From a virus, in the IMG/VR virus record IMGVR_UViG_3300019487_000018, positions 133,459 to 193,297 of that record: 59,839 nt of DNA; one strand, written 5' to 3'. Of this stretch, positions 20,189 to 29,531 are shown piece after piece. How positions within the stretch are numbered: the stretch's first letter is position 1; each line of letters opens with the position of its first letter. A program made the position numbers and the translations under genes. The notes under the pieces are model-generated. The model saw only the letters and a program-made list of their open reading frames with translations. It was not told where the DNA came from and did not search any database.

Positions 20189-20780
20189 ATGCCCGCCACT
20201 CAAGTTCGCTCACGACGCGCTTGAGCCATATCTCTCGAAAGAGAATGTTGCACTCCATTACGAGAAGCACACAAAAGGGTACTTCAAAAAGACGAATGAG
20301 TTGATCGAAGGCACTGACTTTGCAAAGGCCAAGTCGCTCGAAGACCTTCTAACAAAAGACAACTTGATGAAGGCGGACAGCAAACTATTCAATCAAGCTG
20401 CACAAGCGTGGAACCATACATTCTGGTGGGAAAATCTTGCAGCAAATGGCGGTGACAAAAATCCATCACATGAATTGATGGAAGAGATTGATAATCACTT
20501 CACCGACTTCATAACATTCAAGAAGAAGTTTGTTGAAGCCGGAATGGGCCAGTTCGGTAGTGGTTGGGTGTGGCTTGTTTGGAAGAACCGATCGCTGTCA
20601 ATCGCAACAACACCAAATGCAGGTACGCCACTTACAACACATGCAAAACCATTGCTTGTTGTTGATGTGTGGGAGCATGCTTATTATCCGACATACTTTA
20701 ATGATCGCGAGAAATATTTGAAGAAGATTTGGACCATTGTAGACTGGGGCACGATCAATGAGCGATTCGGAAAACTTTGA
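20178..20780 (+). CDS. sodB: Fe/Mn superoxide dismutase
   Basis: ALEPY, HYEKH, WNHTFWW, FGSGWVWL, DVWEHAYY. AAQAWNH suggests the Fe type. Confidence 0.93.
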   Translation: MTFECPPLKFAHDALEPYLSKENVALHYEKHTKGYFKKTNELIEGTDFAKAKSLEDLLTKDNLMKADSKLFNQAAQAWNHTFWWENLAANGGDKNPSHELMEEIDNHFTDFITFKKKFVEAGMGQFGSGWVWLVWKNRSLSIATTPNAGTPLTTHAKPLLVVDVWEHAYYPTYFNDREKYLKKIWTIVDWGTINERFGKL

Positions 20781-21540
20781 AAGTGTAGAGATCGAAAAGT
20801 CGGGTAAGAATCCAAACCGACGTGGTCGCAAGCCAAATCCAAACTGGCTGCCGTACAACGAAGCAAAAGAGTTCATTCGCAACGAGCTGATTCCTTCTCG
20901 CGCAAAATATATCGAGTGGTGGGATGCGAATAAGCCAAAAGCTTTACCGCGATTCCCTTACCGTGTGTACAAAGAGTGGGTATCTTGGAATGAATTTCTT
21001 GGAACGAACAACAAGTTCCAAGAACAGGGCAAGAAATGGCGCTCAATCGACGAGGCTATTCTTTGGGCGCACAGTCTCAAACTGGGCTCTTACAAACAGT
21101 GGATGGACTTTTGCCGAGAGAACAAGGACAAACTACCTCCTGATATCCCTGCGCGTCCAGATCTTGTCTACGAACGTTGGCGGAGCTGGAGTCACTGGTT
21201 GGGTAATAAACCGGTCGAAGCAGTTGAAGCAAAGAAGGAAGCTGAGAAACGTAAGATTTTCTACATCATCCGTATGCCAGAAGTTCCAATGAATGTTCTG
21301 AACTTTGGCACGGAGGAGTTTGGGTTGTCTGGTATGAAAGAACGGTGGGAACGAGATCATTACCACCTAGTGAAATTCTATTGGTACAATCCTGAGAAAG
21401 CGATTGAGATCAAACGATGTGTTGACATGCTGACAACACCTTACAAGGAAGACGATCGTCAGCGAATTGTCCCGAACGTTTTCGAGGTAATGTACTATCT
21501 CGATATGCTGATGGATTCCGTTCGAGATCTTAATGCTTGA
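20758..21540 (+). CDS. Protein with phage 'integrase repeat unit'-like repeats
   Basis: Two repeats: LPRFPYRVY.EWVSWNEFLG and IPARPDLVY.RWRSWSHWLG. Confidence 0.6.
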   Translation: MSDSENFESVEIEKSGKNPNRRGRKPNPNWLPYNEAKEFIRNELIPSRAKYIEWWDANKPKALPRFPYRVYKEWVSWNEFLGTNNKFQEQGKKWRSIDEAILWAHSLKLGSYKQWMDFCRENKDKLPPDIPARPDLVYERWRSWSHWLGNKPVEAVEAKKEAEKRKIFYIIRMPEVPMNVLNFGTEEFGLSGMKERWERDHYHLVKFYWYNPEKAIEIKRCVDMLTTPYKEDDRQRIVPNVFEVMYYLDMLMDSVRDLNA

Positions 21541-21943
21541 TCAACAACCAAGAGAACTCACCAAGCCATAACGTCTTTGGTTCCGAAAACTCGTAGTACG
21601 ATACTCCTTCGTCGATCGCTGTCGCAACACGCTGCAACGCTTTCATCGTTGCTGCTTCATCAATTGTCGCCACATCCAAAACAACACGAAAATGTCCGTC
21701 GATCAACTCAACGCATTCACAGGTTGTTGTTTTGTTTTCGTTATGAATGTCGAGAAGTGCAAGAGAAACACCATCAGCGGTGTCAGGGATTACAGCTTGG
21801 TTCTTGTTGGTTCGATCTAGGAGTTGCTGGAACAGTGCATCGATATAATCGACGCGTGTTGTAACGATTTCAATGTCGACGTATTTGTCAGTTTTACGTA
21901 CTTGGTTGGGATAGCTCTGTATTTGTGTTATTTGTGTCTGCAT
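21530..21943 (-). CDS. Hypothetical protein
   Basis: GGAGG RBS upstream; 137 aa. Confidence 0.65.
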   Translation of the reverse strand: MQTQITQIQSYPNQVRKTDKYVDIEIVTTRVDYIDALFQQLLDRTNKNQAVIPDTADGVSLALLDIHNENKTTTCECVELIDGHFRVVLDVATIDEAATMKALQRVATAIDEGVSYYEFSEPKTLWLGEFSWLLIKH

Positions 21944-22271
21944 TTGTTATTATAACCTCCGCTTGTGTTGCAGCCGGCTCTTCCTCACCTGTTGGACTTC
22001 TTTCAGATGGTGGTCCGAGCCGTTGTAGTGTTACAAGCATCTGAACGGCCTGCTCGCTAATGTTCTTCAGCTTTTTCTTGTAGAACTTCTTCTTGTACTC
22101 TGTTTTTGCAGAGAGGATCTTTTGGCGATGTGCTTGAGCTTGCAACATGAGATGCTGGAGTTCGGCTTGAACAGTCGCTCGCATTTGTGCCACGCGAGCT
22201 GCTTTTAAATCCGCTAAGGAAATTGTGAGTGTTCCGTCTTCGTGTTTTGTTTGGAGTTCGTCCGGTGCCAT
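21894..22271 (-). CDS. Hypothetical coiled-coil protein
   Basis: AGGAG RBS; 125 aa. Confidence 0.6.
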   Translation of the reverse strand: MAPDELQTKHEDGTLTISLADLKAARVAQMRATVQAELQHLMLQAQAHRQKILSAKTEYKKKFYKKKLKNISEQAVQMLVTLQRLGPPSERSPTGEEEPAATQAEVIITNADTNNTNTELSQPST

Positions 22272-22347
22272 GAAAGCTCCTTGTTATCCTGCTATTTCCC
22301 AACCGTTTTGTTAAAAGGTCAACAGTTATTTAACCTTACCCTAACGA

Positions 22348-22836
22348 TTAGTTCGGAAGGCCGGTGATATGGAGCAGTTCTGCATTGCCAGCGGACCAAA
22401 TATCATAGGTTTGACGACCGTCCGGCGAAGCCATTTTGTTTGTAGGAATGTCAGTACCGGCTAGGATTGCTTTGCGAATCTTCAATTCATCCTGCAATTT
22501 TCCGATGTTGTAGATCCACAACTCTTCGTACATTCCATTATTTTCGCGTTTGTAGATCAAGTGTGCATCTTTGACCGTTCGGATCAACCCTTGTTTGTCA
22601 GGGTCCTGAGTTGCGGCTTGATCGACCATCGAATCGAGTTGTTGATCTTGATCGCTTTCGTCGTTTTGATTAGCTGGTTTTTCCTCGGTTTGGCCTTGTT
22701 CTGAACCGCCTAGAAGATTGCCAATGCCAGTTGGAGTGCCTTGATCGTCCTTTGGTTGTGGGCTTGATTGGCCGCCCAGCAAGTGGCCGATATTGTCTTG
22801 ACCAGGCTGTTGTTCAAAAATACGAAGCAGATCCAT
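22348..22836 (-). CDS. Hypothetical late protein
   Basis: Minus-strand TAAATA at 22860-22865; GGGGGT RBS. Confidence 0.65.
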   Translation of the reverse strand: MDLLRIFEQQPGQDNIGHLLGGQSSPQPKDDQGTPTGIGNLLGGSEQGQTEEKPANQNDESDQDQQLDSMVDQAATQDPDKQGLIRTVKDAHLIYKRENNGMYEELWIYNIGKLQDELKIRKAILAGTDIPTNKMASPDGRQTYDIWSAGNAELLHITGLPN

Positions 22837-23239
22837 TAGTTACCCCCTGTTGTAGAGGGTATTTATGGCGTTTGTACACCATCCACGTTGAAGATCGTGT
22901 TCGATGAATGCACACGAAGCCAACACTCTTGTAGAGATGAACAAGACCCTCTTGATTAAGAGTGCTGCCTTTGTACGGTTGTGCTTGAAGGATGATGTTC
23001 GCGTTCATAGTTTTTGCACGACGAATTACATCACGCAGGAGAACTTTACCGAATCCCTTGCCGCGATGCTCTTTGTATACATGAAACGTATGCAGGTAGA
23101 GCCAATTTTGGGAAGTCTTTACAAGATTGCGCGCAGTTCGTGTCAATGGACCAAGCGTATAGTCTCCAACTGGTACGTAGTGCTCATTGATTGCCGTCAC
23201 ACGGATTCCAGGCCGATCAAGTGTGAATGACGTTACCAA
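22814..23239 (-). CDS. GNAT-family acetyltransferase
   Basis: FHVYKEHRGKGFGKVLL (acetyl-CoA motif A) and LYKSVGF. Probable TTG start after AGGAG. Confidence 0.75.
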   Translation of the reverse strand: MVTSFTLDRPGIRVTAINEHYVPVGDYTLGPLTRTARNLVKTSQNWLYLHTFHVYKEHRGKGFGKVLLRDVIRRAKTMNANIILQAQPYKGSTLNQEGLVHLYKSVGFVCIHRTRSSTWMVYKRHKYPLQQGVTNGSASYF

Positions 23240-23874
23240 ACAATTGTCTCCTTCCCGTGGGAGACAAGGTAAGCATTCGTTTTTGAAAACGGCTTGCTGC
23301 CAAAGAACCCGCGATGTGCGGACAGTGGTGATGGATGAGCCGAGATCAGGATATTGTGCTTTTCTTCGTCGATAAGGTGAATCTTTCCTGCGGCATGGTT
23401 GCCCCACAAGATGAATACAACAGTATCGCAGAACTCACTAATGACTCGGATCGCTTGGTTGGTTACGGCGCTCCAACCTAGATTTGCATGCGAGCCCGGT
23501 TGTCCAGCCAACACTGTAAGATGCGTGTTTAGCAACAACACGCCCTGTTGTGCCCAATCTGTCAGATCGCCGTTTGTTCGGACGATGCCAAGATCTGATT
23601 TCAGTTCGGCGAAAATGTTCGCGAGTGATTTTGGAAGCGGGTGGGTGCCTGCAGGAACGCTAAACGACAAACCCATCGCATGTTCATAATTCGGATACGG
23701 ATCTTGTCCGAGTATGACAACGCGCACTGTATCGAGCGGAGTTAGAGCAAATGCGTTGAGGATATTCTCTTTTCGAGGGAGAACTTGATGCCCTGCTTTT
23801 CGGATCGTTGCTAGATCCTCGCAGATTTGGGCGAACCGTTCTGATTTGAAAATCGGTAGGTCATCCCAGTTCAT
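23233..23874 (-). CDS. ung: Uracil-DNA glycosylase, family 1
   Basis: GQDPY, GVLLLN and HPSPLS motifs. Confidence 0.95.
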   Translation of the reverse strand: MNWDDLPIFKSERFAQICEDLATIRKAGHQVLPRKENILNAFALTPLDTVRVVILGQDPYPNYEHAMGLSFSVPAGTHPLPKSLANIFAELKSDLGIVRTNGDLTDWAQQGVLLLNTHLTVLAGQPGSHANLGWSAVTNQAIRVISEFCDTVVFILWGNHAAGKIHLIDEEKHNILISAHPSPLSAHRGFFGSKPFSKTNAYLVSHGKETIVW

Positions 23875-24353
23875 TCACTCTTTCCAGTTACAAGAAGGTT
23901 GTGTGCTGCACATGCACGCCAAAACAAATCAGCCATCAACGGTCCACCAATCTTCACTGACTGAGGTTTTTGCTTGAACTCGCTCCTAAACACGATTTCT
24001 GTTCCGATGAGATATTGGTACGTTAGCCGCTTGAACAATCTTCGTTCGCAGTCGAATCGCACGCGATGAATCACCGCATCGACATCACCATCATATCCTT
24101 CGGCATTCATTTTTCCGACGAGCTTGTAAGTGAGAAATGTGTCTTCTTCGTCGATTCGGTATGCATTGATATCGATGTAGTATCGAGCTGTTTCAGGACC
24201 TTTGAAACGAACCCATACAGTCGTATTGCACACGCCTTTTTCGCAGATGTTTTGTTTGTGTGCATCTTCGAGAGGCATGTCGACGATCGAATCATCTGCG
24301 AACGCAGTGGTGAATAGGAAGAGAAGACTGACGATGGCGTAGCGAAAATTCAT
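23871..24353 (-). CDS. Secreted/periplasmic hypothetical protein
   Basis: Signal peptide ending AFA; paired cysteines. Confidence 0.6.
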   Translation of the reverse strand: MNFRYAIVSLLFLFTTAFADDSIVDMPLEDAHKQNICEKGVCNTTVWVRFKGPETARYYIDINAYRIDEEDTFLTYKLVGKMNAEGYDGDVDAVIHRVRFDCERRLFKRLTYQYLIGTEIVFRSEFKQKPQSVKIGGPLMADLFWRACAAHNLLVTGKSE

Positions 24354-24392
24354 AGCTTTTCCTTCAAGAAATCAAGTTGTAGACACCAAGCG

Positions 24393-25439
24393 TTAACGTA
24401 AGCCCCCAGGAATTCCTTTTGAAACAACAGCCGTTGCTGACCAAGGATGAAGCGACTCAAGGTGTTCAGTAACAACACTGAAGTCTAGAATCTTACCCTC
24501 ATCGTACATCATGTCAAGGCCTTGATACAACAGACGTGATGCATCCTCTGTGAACAGAAGGTTTGATCCGTTAAGCTCAGCGAACGCTTGTTCATCACGC
24601 CGCTTACAGATTACAACAACTTCGGTTGGGACTTGACGACGAGCCACCTCTACAATATCTTCAATCCACACAACATGTTTGTCAGGATTAAACTGAACGG
24701 TGATTTTTCCGAGCGATCGTTGTGAGTGTCCGTTTGCAGCCTTACCGCGTTTGCGTGTTGCATGCTGCGCAAGTTCAAACGAACATGGACAGGTTGAGGA
24801 ATACAGATAGTCAACAGTCAGAAGGAATTTGTATGTGTCCCGTCCCGCTCTTAAATAAGGAGTATCCGTTACTTCTCTGTGCAATTGACCTTCCAATGTG
24901 CAGTCATAGAAAATGTATCCAAGCATCTTGTCATGGCTCAGTTCTACTCCTTCGACTGTCTTGAATGTACGACCTAACGTTTTCTCTTCGTCCGAGGCCT
25001 CGCGTCTAGTTCGGAGCGCTGGCTGCGTCCAAGGATATTTGAAACGCAACTTACAATACACGTGCTTCGATCCTTGCTTTTCTTGAAGTCTTTTAAGAAT
25101 CCCCTTCAAGCCGTCGAGTGAGAGATGATTTGCAATCTCTTCATGCATCAGGATTGGGAATCGAGACAGGTTTAATCCTTTGGCTTCTGGATTGTCCAGT
25201 GAACCATACAATGAAGCCTTTACATGTAGATTTTCGATGGAACCATCTCTGCGTAAAAACTTTATTGGAAGATCAACACCAGTCACACCAACCTTGTCCA
25301 GTCGTACCTTCGACCCTGGAATTACAGGATTGACTTGTGGGTCTGGAAGATCGCCGTCGTCTGGATAAAATTTGTCATCGTATGTAAAGTCCAAGTGCGG
25401 CATGTGTGCACTGTAATCGTTATTTCGGAATTTGGTCAT
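24393..25439 (-). CDS. folE2: GTP cyclohydrolase IB
   Basis: STCPCS, HSQRS, KRRDEQAFAE, FTEDASR and ESLH motifs. Confidence 0.9.
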   Translation of the reverse strand: MTKFRNNDYSAHMPHLDFTYDDKFYPDDGDLPDPQVNPVIPGSKVRLDKVGVTGVDLPIKFLRRDGSIENLHVKASLYGSLDNPEAKGLNLSRFPILMHEEIANHLSLDGLKGILKRLQEKQGSKHVYCKLRFKYPWTQPALRTRREASDEEKTLGRTFKTVEGVELSHDKMLGYIFYDCTLEGQLHREVTDTPYLRAGRDTYKFLLTVDYLYSSTCPCSFELAQHATRKRGKAANGHSQRSLGKITVQFNPDKHVVWIEDIVEVARRQVPTEVVVICKRRDEQAFAELNGSNLLFTEDASRLLYQGLDMMYDEGKILDFSVVTEHLESLHPWSATAVVSKGIPGGLR

Positions 25440-27154
25440 TATAACTCTCGTTGTTCATACGTTGCCAGTATTTGTGCATCTATCATTTCTGCACGCAAAT
25501 CTGCATCAAGTACATCAATGATATTCAGTCTGTTCGGCTGTGTCATCTGTGCGGTGAAATCATACATTGTGAGATCAACCATCCGTCCGTAGTGTTGGTT
25601 TACTGCAGCACGGTTGGGATCCATTACAATGGGGAATTTTCCACCTTTGACGTAGTATACAGCATCATAGCTTTGTTGAGCACGAAGACATTTCATGTAG
25701 TACTCGTTTAAGTACTGATCGAAACGGTTTTCTCGACCAAGCCAAATCACAGCATAAGCAAAGAGGTCAGCATATGTTCTTTCAGTGAACACAACACCTG
25801 TTCGTCTTTGATATTTGCGATCGTTACTTGATGTGTGTAGCACTCTTTCTGCGTCATGCTCATCTTTGTATTTTCGAGCAAGAATTTCGTTTTGGAATTT
25901 TACGACGAGATCGGGATCTTTAATGATGTCTTCAAGAGACATTCCCCACTCACTTTGAATTGACCGTGATGTTTTTCGTTCGATTATGCGATAGCCTTTG
26001 GCCTCAAGTCTTTTTAGAATTGTTGTGTTGTGCGTAACGATGTAATCGTCCGTGATGTATAAATGTTCAGGATCGTCGATTGCTATACACCACACCTCTT
26101 CTTTACCTTTGTAAGTAATGTCTGAAATCCTGCGTGTGAGCAGTAAACTTCCGTTTTTGTGTCCTTCAAAGTGAGAGGAACGACAACGATCTTTTTTTCT
26201 GGGGAGTGAAAATACACTAGAAGGATTTGGCAACTTTAGAGCAATTTCATATGCAATGAGACCACTGTGAAGCTTGTCTTTGTACTTGTACACAGGGTGT
26301 CTTTCACTAATCGTTGCTACTCCGCCGAGCGACCAAACAATGTCCTGTACGTCTCTTGCGAGTGCATAACTAGTTGTGGTAAACGTTGTAGAGGAGCCAT
26401 TACTACTCACAGTTCCGTCTGTGTCCATCAACCCTTGAAGTAATTTCAGCCTATCGTTTGGTGGTCCATTTTTATATGCATTAGGAACAAACTTTTCTGG
26501 CGACTTTTTCATCAGATCGTAGTTCTCAAATGCACGTATATACTTGTTATTATGTTTTCCCTCATGACCAAGTCGATACGAGATCGATGTACCTTGTTGA
26601 ACAAAGTTATAACCAGAATCGAGTAACTTACTGCACTCATGTAAAATATGTGTATCTGTTGTTGTAAGAAGTACAGATTCCGATGTTAAAGACCCGTCTC
26701 CAAGAAGACACCCCAACAAATAGGGAGGTATGTCATATTGATGATTATTGTCGTTCAAATATGGTGTAACCAGTGGTATTGACAGATTTGTCCCCCACTG
26801 CTTTCTTGTTTTTTGTCTCTGCATGTAAGCACTCATGCTGAGTGTGGTCATTACTTCTTGTTTCAATCGATAAAATGATTTGTTGTTTTTTTTCGTGTAT
26901 TGACCATACGAACACTTCCACAAATGATCTCCACACGCCTCTGTTTTCCCGCCATCGTGTGTGGTAATAATGTACACATCTTTCACACCTTGAGGGAAAA
27001 TTCCAATGATAGGTGCAGAATGACCATTTGGTGTAATCACTCGATCTTTACAGGTAAGCTCCCCTATACACTTCCATCCTGTTTCACATAGTACTTTCGA
27101 GTGTAGAGGTTGAGCCTTGCCTGACCCCTGTGAGCCAGAAATTGCCACCAGCAT
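25439..27154 (-). CDS. P-loop nucleotide kinase/NTPase interrupted by an intein
   Basis: The spliced product reads GSQGSGK|TT (Walker A). The C-extein has the kinase-like ERTYAD motif. Confidence 0.85.
   Translation of the reverse strand: MLVAISGSQGSGKAQPLHSKVLCETGWKCIGELTCKDRVITPNGHSAPIIGIFPQGVKDVYIITTHDGGKTEACGDHLWKCSYGQYTKKNNKSFYRLKQEVMTTLSMSAYMQRQKTRKQWGTNLSIPLVTPYLNDNNHQYDIPPYLLGCLLGDGSLTSESVLLTTTDTHILHECSKLLDSGYNFVQQGTSISYRLGHEGKHNNKYIRAFENYDLMKKSPEKFVPNAYKNGPPNDRLKLLQGLMDTDGTVSSNGSSTTFTTTSYALARDVQDIVWSLGGVATISERHPVYKYKDKLHSGLIAYEIALKLPNPSSVFSLPRKKDRCRSSHFEGHKNGSLLLTRRISDITYKGKEEVWCIAIDDPEHLYITDDYIVTHNTTILKRLEAKGYRIIERKTSRSIQSEWGMSLEDIIKDPDLVVKFQNEILARKYKDEHDAERVLHTSSNDRKYQRRTGVVFTERTYADLFAYAVIWLGRENRFDQYLNEYYMKCLRAQQSYDAVYYVKGGKFPIVMDPNRAAVNQHYGRMVDLTMYDFTAQMTQPNRLNIIDVLDADLRAEMIDAQILATYEQREL
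26027..27115 (-). mobile_element. Class-3 (Ala1, WCT) intein with LAGLIDADG homing endonuclease, 363 aa
   Basis: Starts AQPL; block B HLW; block F VWCIAI; ends VTHN|T. LAGLIDADG-like motifs LGCLLGDG and LQGLMDTDG. Confidence 0.9.
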
Positions 27155-27168
27155 TTACTCCCTCCATT

Positions 27169-27369
27169 TTATTGATTTTGTTTTAGTCGTCTTTCAAGGT
27201 CGCGAATCTCGTCGTGCATTGGTGAATTCTTTGCTTCCTTTGCCTGTCTACGAAGGTCTTCGAGGTATTCTTGTTCTGAAATGTTGATGTTGTAACCACA
27301 ATCAAAGCAGTACTCAGTCCAGTCTTGGACGTTCTGATGTGGGCAATCTAGGTATGAGTATTTTTCCAT
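27169..27369 (-). CDS. Small Cys-containing hypothetical protein
   Basis: AGGAG RBS; CPH...CFDCG. Confidence 0.6.
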   Translation of the reverse strand: MEKYSYLDCPHQNVQDWTEYCFDCGYNINISEQEYLEDLRRQAKEAKNSPMHDEIRDLERRLKQNQ

Positions 27370-27397
27370 TTTCTTCTCCTTAATAGAAGTAAATGGT

Positions 27398-27608
27398 AGA
27401 GGAGGAAAGTCGAAAAATCAACAAGTGCCTTTACAATCCTTCAAGATGGCAATTACATGCCCTTGACAACAAACAACGTTTGCTCTAGGCAGGGGTCAAC
27501 GAACAACCAACAAAGGTCTAAGTTTAAATCCCTGCAAACAATCGCAGTCCATGTTTTGTGATCTATTTTCTGCACCAGTTTGTGTGCAGCACGAAGTGTG
27601 AGTTCCAT
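27398..27608 (-). pseudogene. Deleted remnant of the 28912-29490 gene fused to the 3' part of its associated RNA
   Basis: 27608 onward encodes MELTLRAAHKLVQKI with a matching leader (CTCAACTCAAGGA). The 3' part resembles the 3' end of the 28672-28913 element. Confidence 0.7.
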
Positions 27609-27742
27609 GGATACTTTTCCTTGAGTTGAGGAGGTCTATACTACGGGGTAAAACCTAATCAGACAACTTTTTACAAACGTGAGCGTCTGAGATTGTTGAA
27701 GATCTGCTGTGTTGCTTCCCTCTTTGAAGGGACAAATTCCAT

Positions 27743-27819
27743 TGGTCGGAGTGGCAGGATTTGAACCCGCGTCTTCCACGTCCCAAACGTGGCCGTCTAC
27801 CAGACTGGCTTACACTCCG
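27743..27819 (-). tRNA. tRNA-Pro(UGG)
   Basis: Cloverleaf CGGAGTG...; anticodon arm CCACG-TTTGGGA-CGTGG; GGTTCAAATCC; encoded CCA. Confidence 0.93.
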
Positions 27820-27829
27820 ATGGTCAAGT

Positions 27830-27894
27830 AACAACCAAACGAGACCAATCGTCTGTAGGTGTTTTGCTAATGGATTTAGTCGTTACCGACTTTT
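27830..27894 (-). ncRNA. Partial copy of a candidate structured ncRNA
   Basis: Homologous to 30365-30430, with compensatory changes in its hairpins. Confidence 0.55.
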
Positions 27895-27900
27895 ATCCCT

Positions 27901-27939
27901 TTTGCCGCACCCGTGCGAGCCGGAAATAGCTACGAGCAT
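27901..27939 (-). pseudogene. 13-codon fragment of a second kinase allele (MLVAISGSHGCGK)
   Basis: 11 of 13 residues identical to the N-extein at 27154; differences mostly at third codon positions; RBS retained. Confidence 0.8.
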
Positions 27940-27948
27940 TGTTATCCT

Positions 27949-28659
27949 TTAGTCAATGTACGCGAAACGCGTCTCTAAGAGTGTTGGTCGTTGCACAACC
28001 GAGGTTAGAAATTTCAACGCTTCACCATTGCACATTTTATATCCGTATGATCCATATTTGACTGCCCGAGACAACGATGCGGCTGGAAACGTTAGTTTGT
28101 GAACTGCAAGTTTCTTATTGGCGATATCAAGCAATGTATAGTCCCCGACGATAATCGTCTCACCATCTGTTGCCAGCTGACAAATCGTGTAATCGAAACT
28201 ATCAAGTAAGTGTTCCACTGAGTCGTGGAAAAAATCACCGTGAATCAGCTGAATGTTGTACTTGTTTTTGTCTTAGGTGAAGTCAAAATTTGTAACGTGG
28301 CTAGTTTCGAGCGTTTTTGTAAACAATCGCTTGTTATCTTTTAGACGAAGAACAGGAAAAAGAACAGGAAAGATATTGTCCGCAATCTCATCCACACCTG
28401 ATCCTTCAATCATACGGTGTTGAAAGATTTCATGTTGGTCTGCATTTTTGAAGAAGATGTCGAAGTCAGTTTCACACGATTTTCCTTCAACAGCTTGCCG
28501 CAGACATCCGCCGCCAAGCCAAGGACCATTCTCCAACGAAAATTCAACAGCTGTTTGGCGTTGCAAACTACCAAGCAGATGCTCGATATGTGCAACGATG
28601 CTGGTTACCTTGTTTGGATGTAAGTGTTGAATTAGTTCGTATAGTGGATATTTGATCAT
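27949..28659 (-). pseudogene. Nucleotidyltransferase (CCA/poly(A) polymerase head-like) with one in-frame TAA
   Basis: LGGGCLR...DFDIFF, then in the same frame IQLI...SFDYTICQ. TAA at 28273-28275. Confidence 0.75.
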
Positions 28660-28671
28660 ACGAAAATCATA

Positions 28672-28913
28672 GAGGAGCGGAGTAAAAAGTTCAACAGAAC
28701 CGTGACAATCCCTCAATCCTTCAACCAGCAATACGGTCTTGCGAGCCCAATCCTTCAACCAGCAAAATAGGGTTAATTGTATGGCTCGCCTTCAATGACC
28801 AATCCATCAGCTGTATGAGGTTTAGACCTCGATCTTACGCTGAACATCTCACCAGCAAGCTGGTGAGATGACGTTGTAAGGTGGTTTGTCTCCCTTCTTA
28901 CTCGCGCCGCCTC
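28672..28913 (-). ncRNA. Candidate ~240-nt structured RNA downstream of the coiled-coil gene
   Basis: 5' GAGG..GAGTAAGAAG pairs with 3' CTTTTTACTC..CCTC; perfect hairpin CATCTCACCAG/CTGGTGAGATG; 18-nt direct repeat at 28714-28731 and 28748-28765. Confidence 0.6.
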
Positions 28914-29490
28914 AAATCAGCTTCTCGTCCGACAGAACAATAACGTGAGTCTGTGGTAGCACGAGAGTGTTCGCAAGATTCTTGTGAAGAAGCGCATCTT
29001 CGATGGTTTCTGCTTGGCGACGGTATCCAGCAATCTCATGCTCCATACGTTCACGATTGCTGATGAGCGAGAAGTTCACGACATCAGCACGATAGCTCTC
29101 ACCAGCGGCTTCTTGGGCGCGCGCGATTTGACGTTGAAGGGCTTCTGGTGTTGACACATACTGCTCACGAAGGACAGACACGAGCCGTCCCAATAGCTGA
29201 GCACGATCAACAACATCTTTGCGTTCTGAGACAAGTTGGTTGATCCCTTCGCGCTCATTGATTGCGCGAATGGTGTCGCGAATAAACGTGCGGATAGTCA
29301 TCAGATCTTCAACGCGAGCGATCTTGTCTTCGAATTCTTGCATCCGATCTTGGTACAGGTGTTCGACAACGTCGCTATCATTATCAACGTCAAACACGTT
29401 GATCGTAGCGATTGGGTTGATTTGGATTGCGTGGATTTGTTGGGTGATCTTGTCAACCAACTTGTGTGCAGCACGGAGGGTCAGTTCCAT
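28912..29490 (-). CDS. Coiled-coil protein, possibly a distant DIP1984/DUF6847-like member
   Basis: AGGAG RBS; helical heptads with the pattern LxxAxKL...IRxxIxxxNxxxGI...IEDxLxxxN. Family link is from memory of the pattern only. Confidence 0.7.
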   Translation of the reverse strand: MELTLRAAHKLVDKITQQIHAIQINPIATINVFDVDNDSDVVEHLYQDRMQEFEDKIARVEDLMTIRTFIRDTIRAINEREGINQLVSERKDVVDRAQLLGRLVSVLREQYVSTPEALQRQIARAQEAAGESYRADVVNFSLISNRERMEHEIAGYRRQAETIEDALLHKNLANTLVLPQTHVIVLSDEKLI

Positions 29491-29531
29491 GAAATGTTCT
29501 CCTTGAGTTGAGGGATTGTATCCTACAAGGG

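Noticed and set aside
27394-27420. tRNA-like 3' end (TTCGACTTTCCTCCTCTACCA on the minus strand)
   Set aside because: No cloverleaf upstream; better explained as the 3' end of the remnant RNA homologous to 28672-28913.
27860-27930. Superficial similarity to a Cas9 sgRNA scaffold (GTTTT...GAAATAGC)
   Set aside because: Matches are short and out of order, GAAATAGC belongs to the kinase fragment, pairing favours the minus strand, and no cas gene is present.
28273-28275. Genome-wide stop-codon reassignment
   Set aside because: TAA, TAG and TGA all end well-defined genes elsewhere in the window; only one interrupted gene of this kind was seen.
28660-28758. N-terminal extension of ORF 28273-28758
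   Set aside because: It overlaps the repeat-bearing RNA element; ATG 28659 is the more plausible start.
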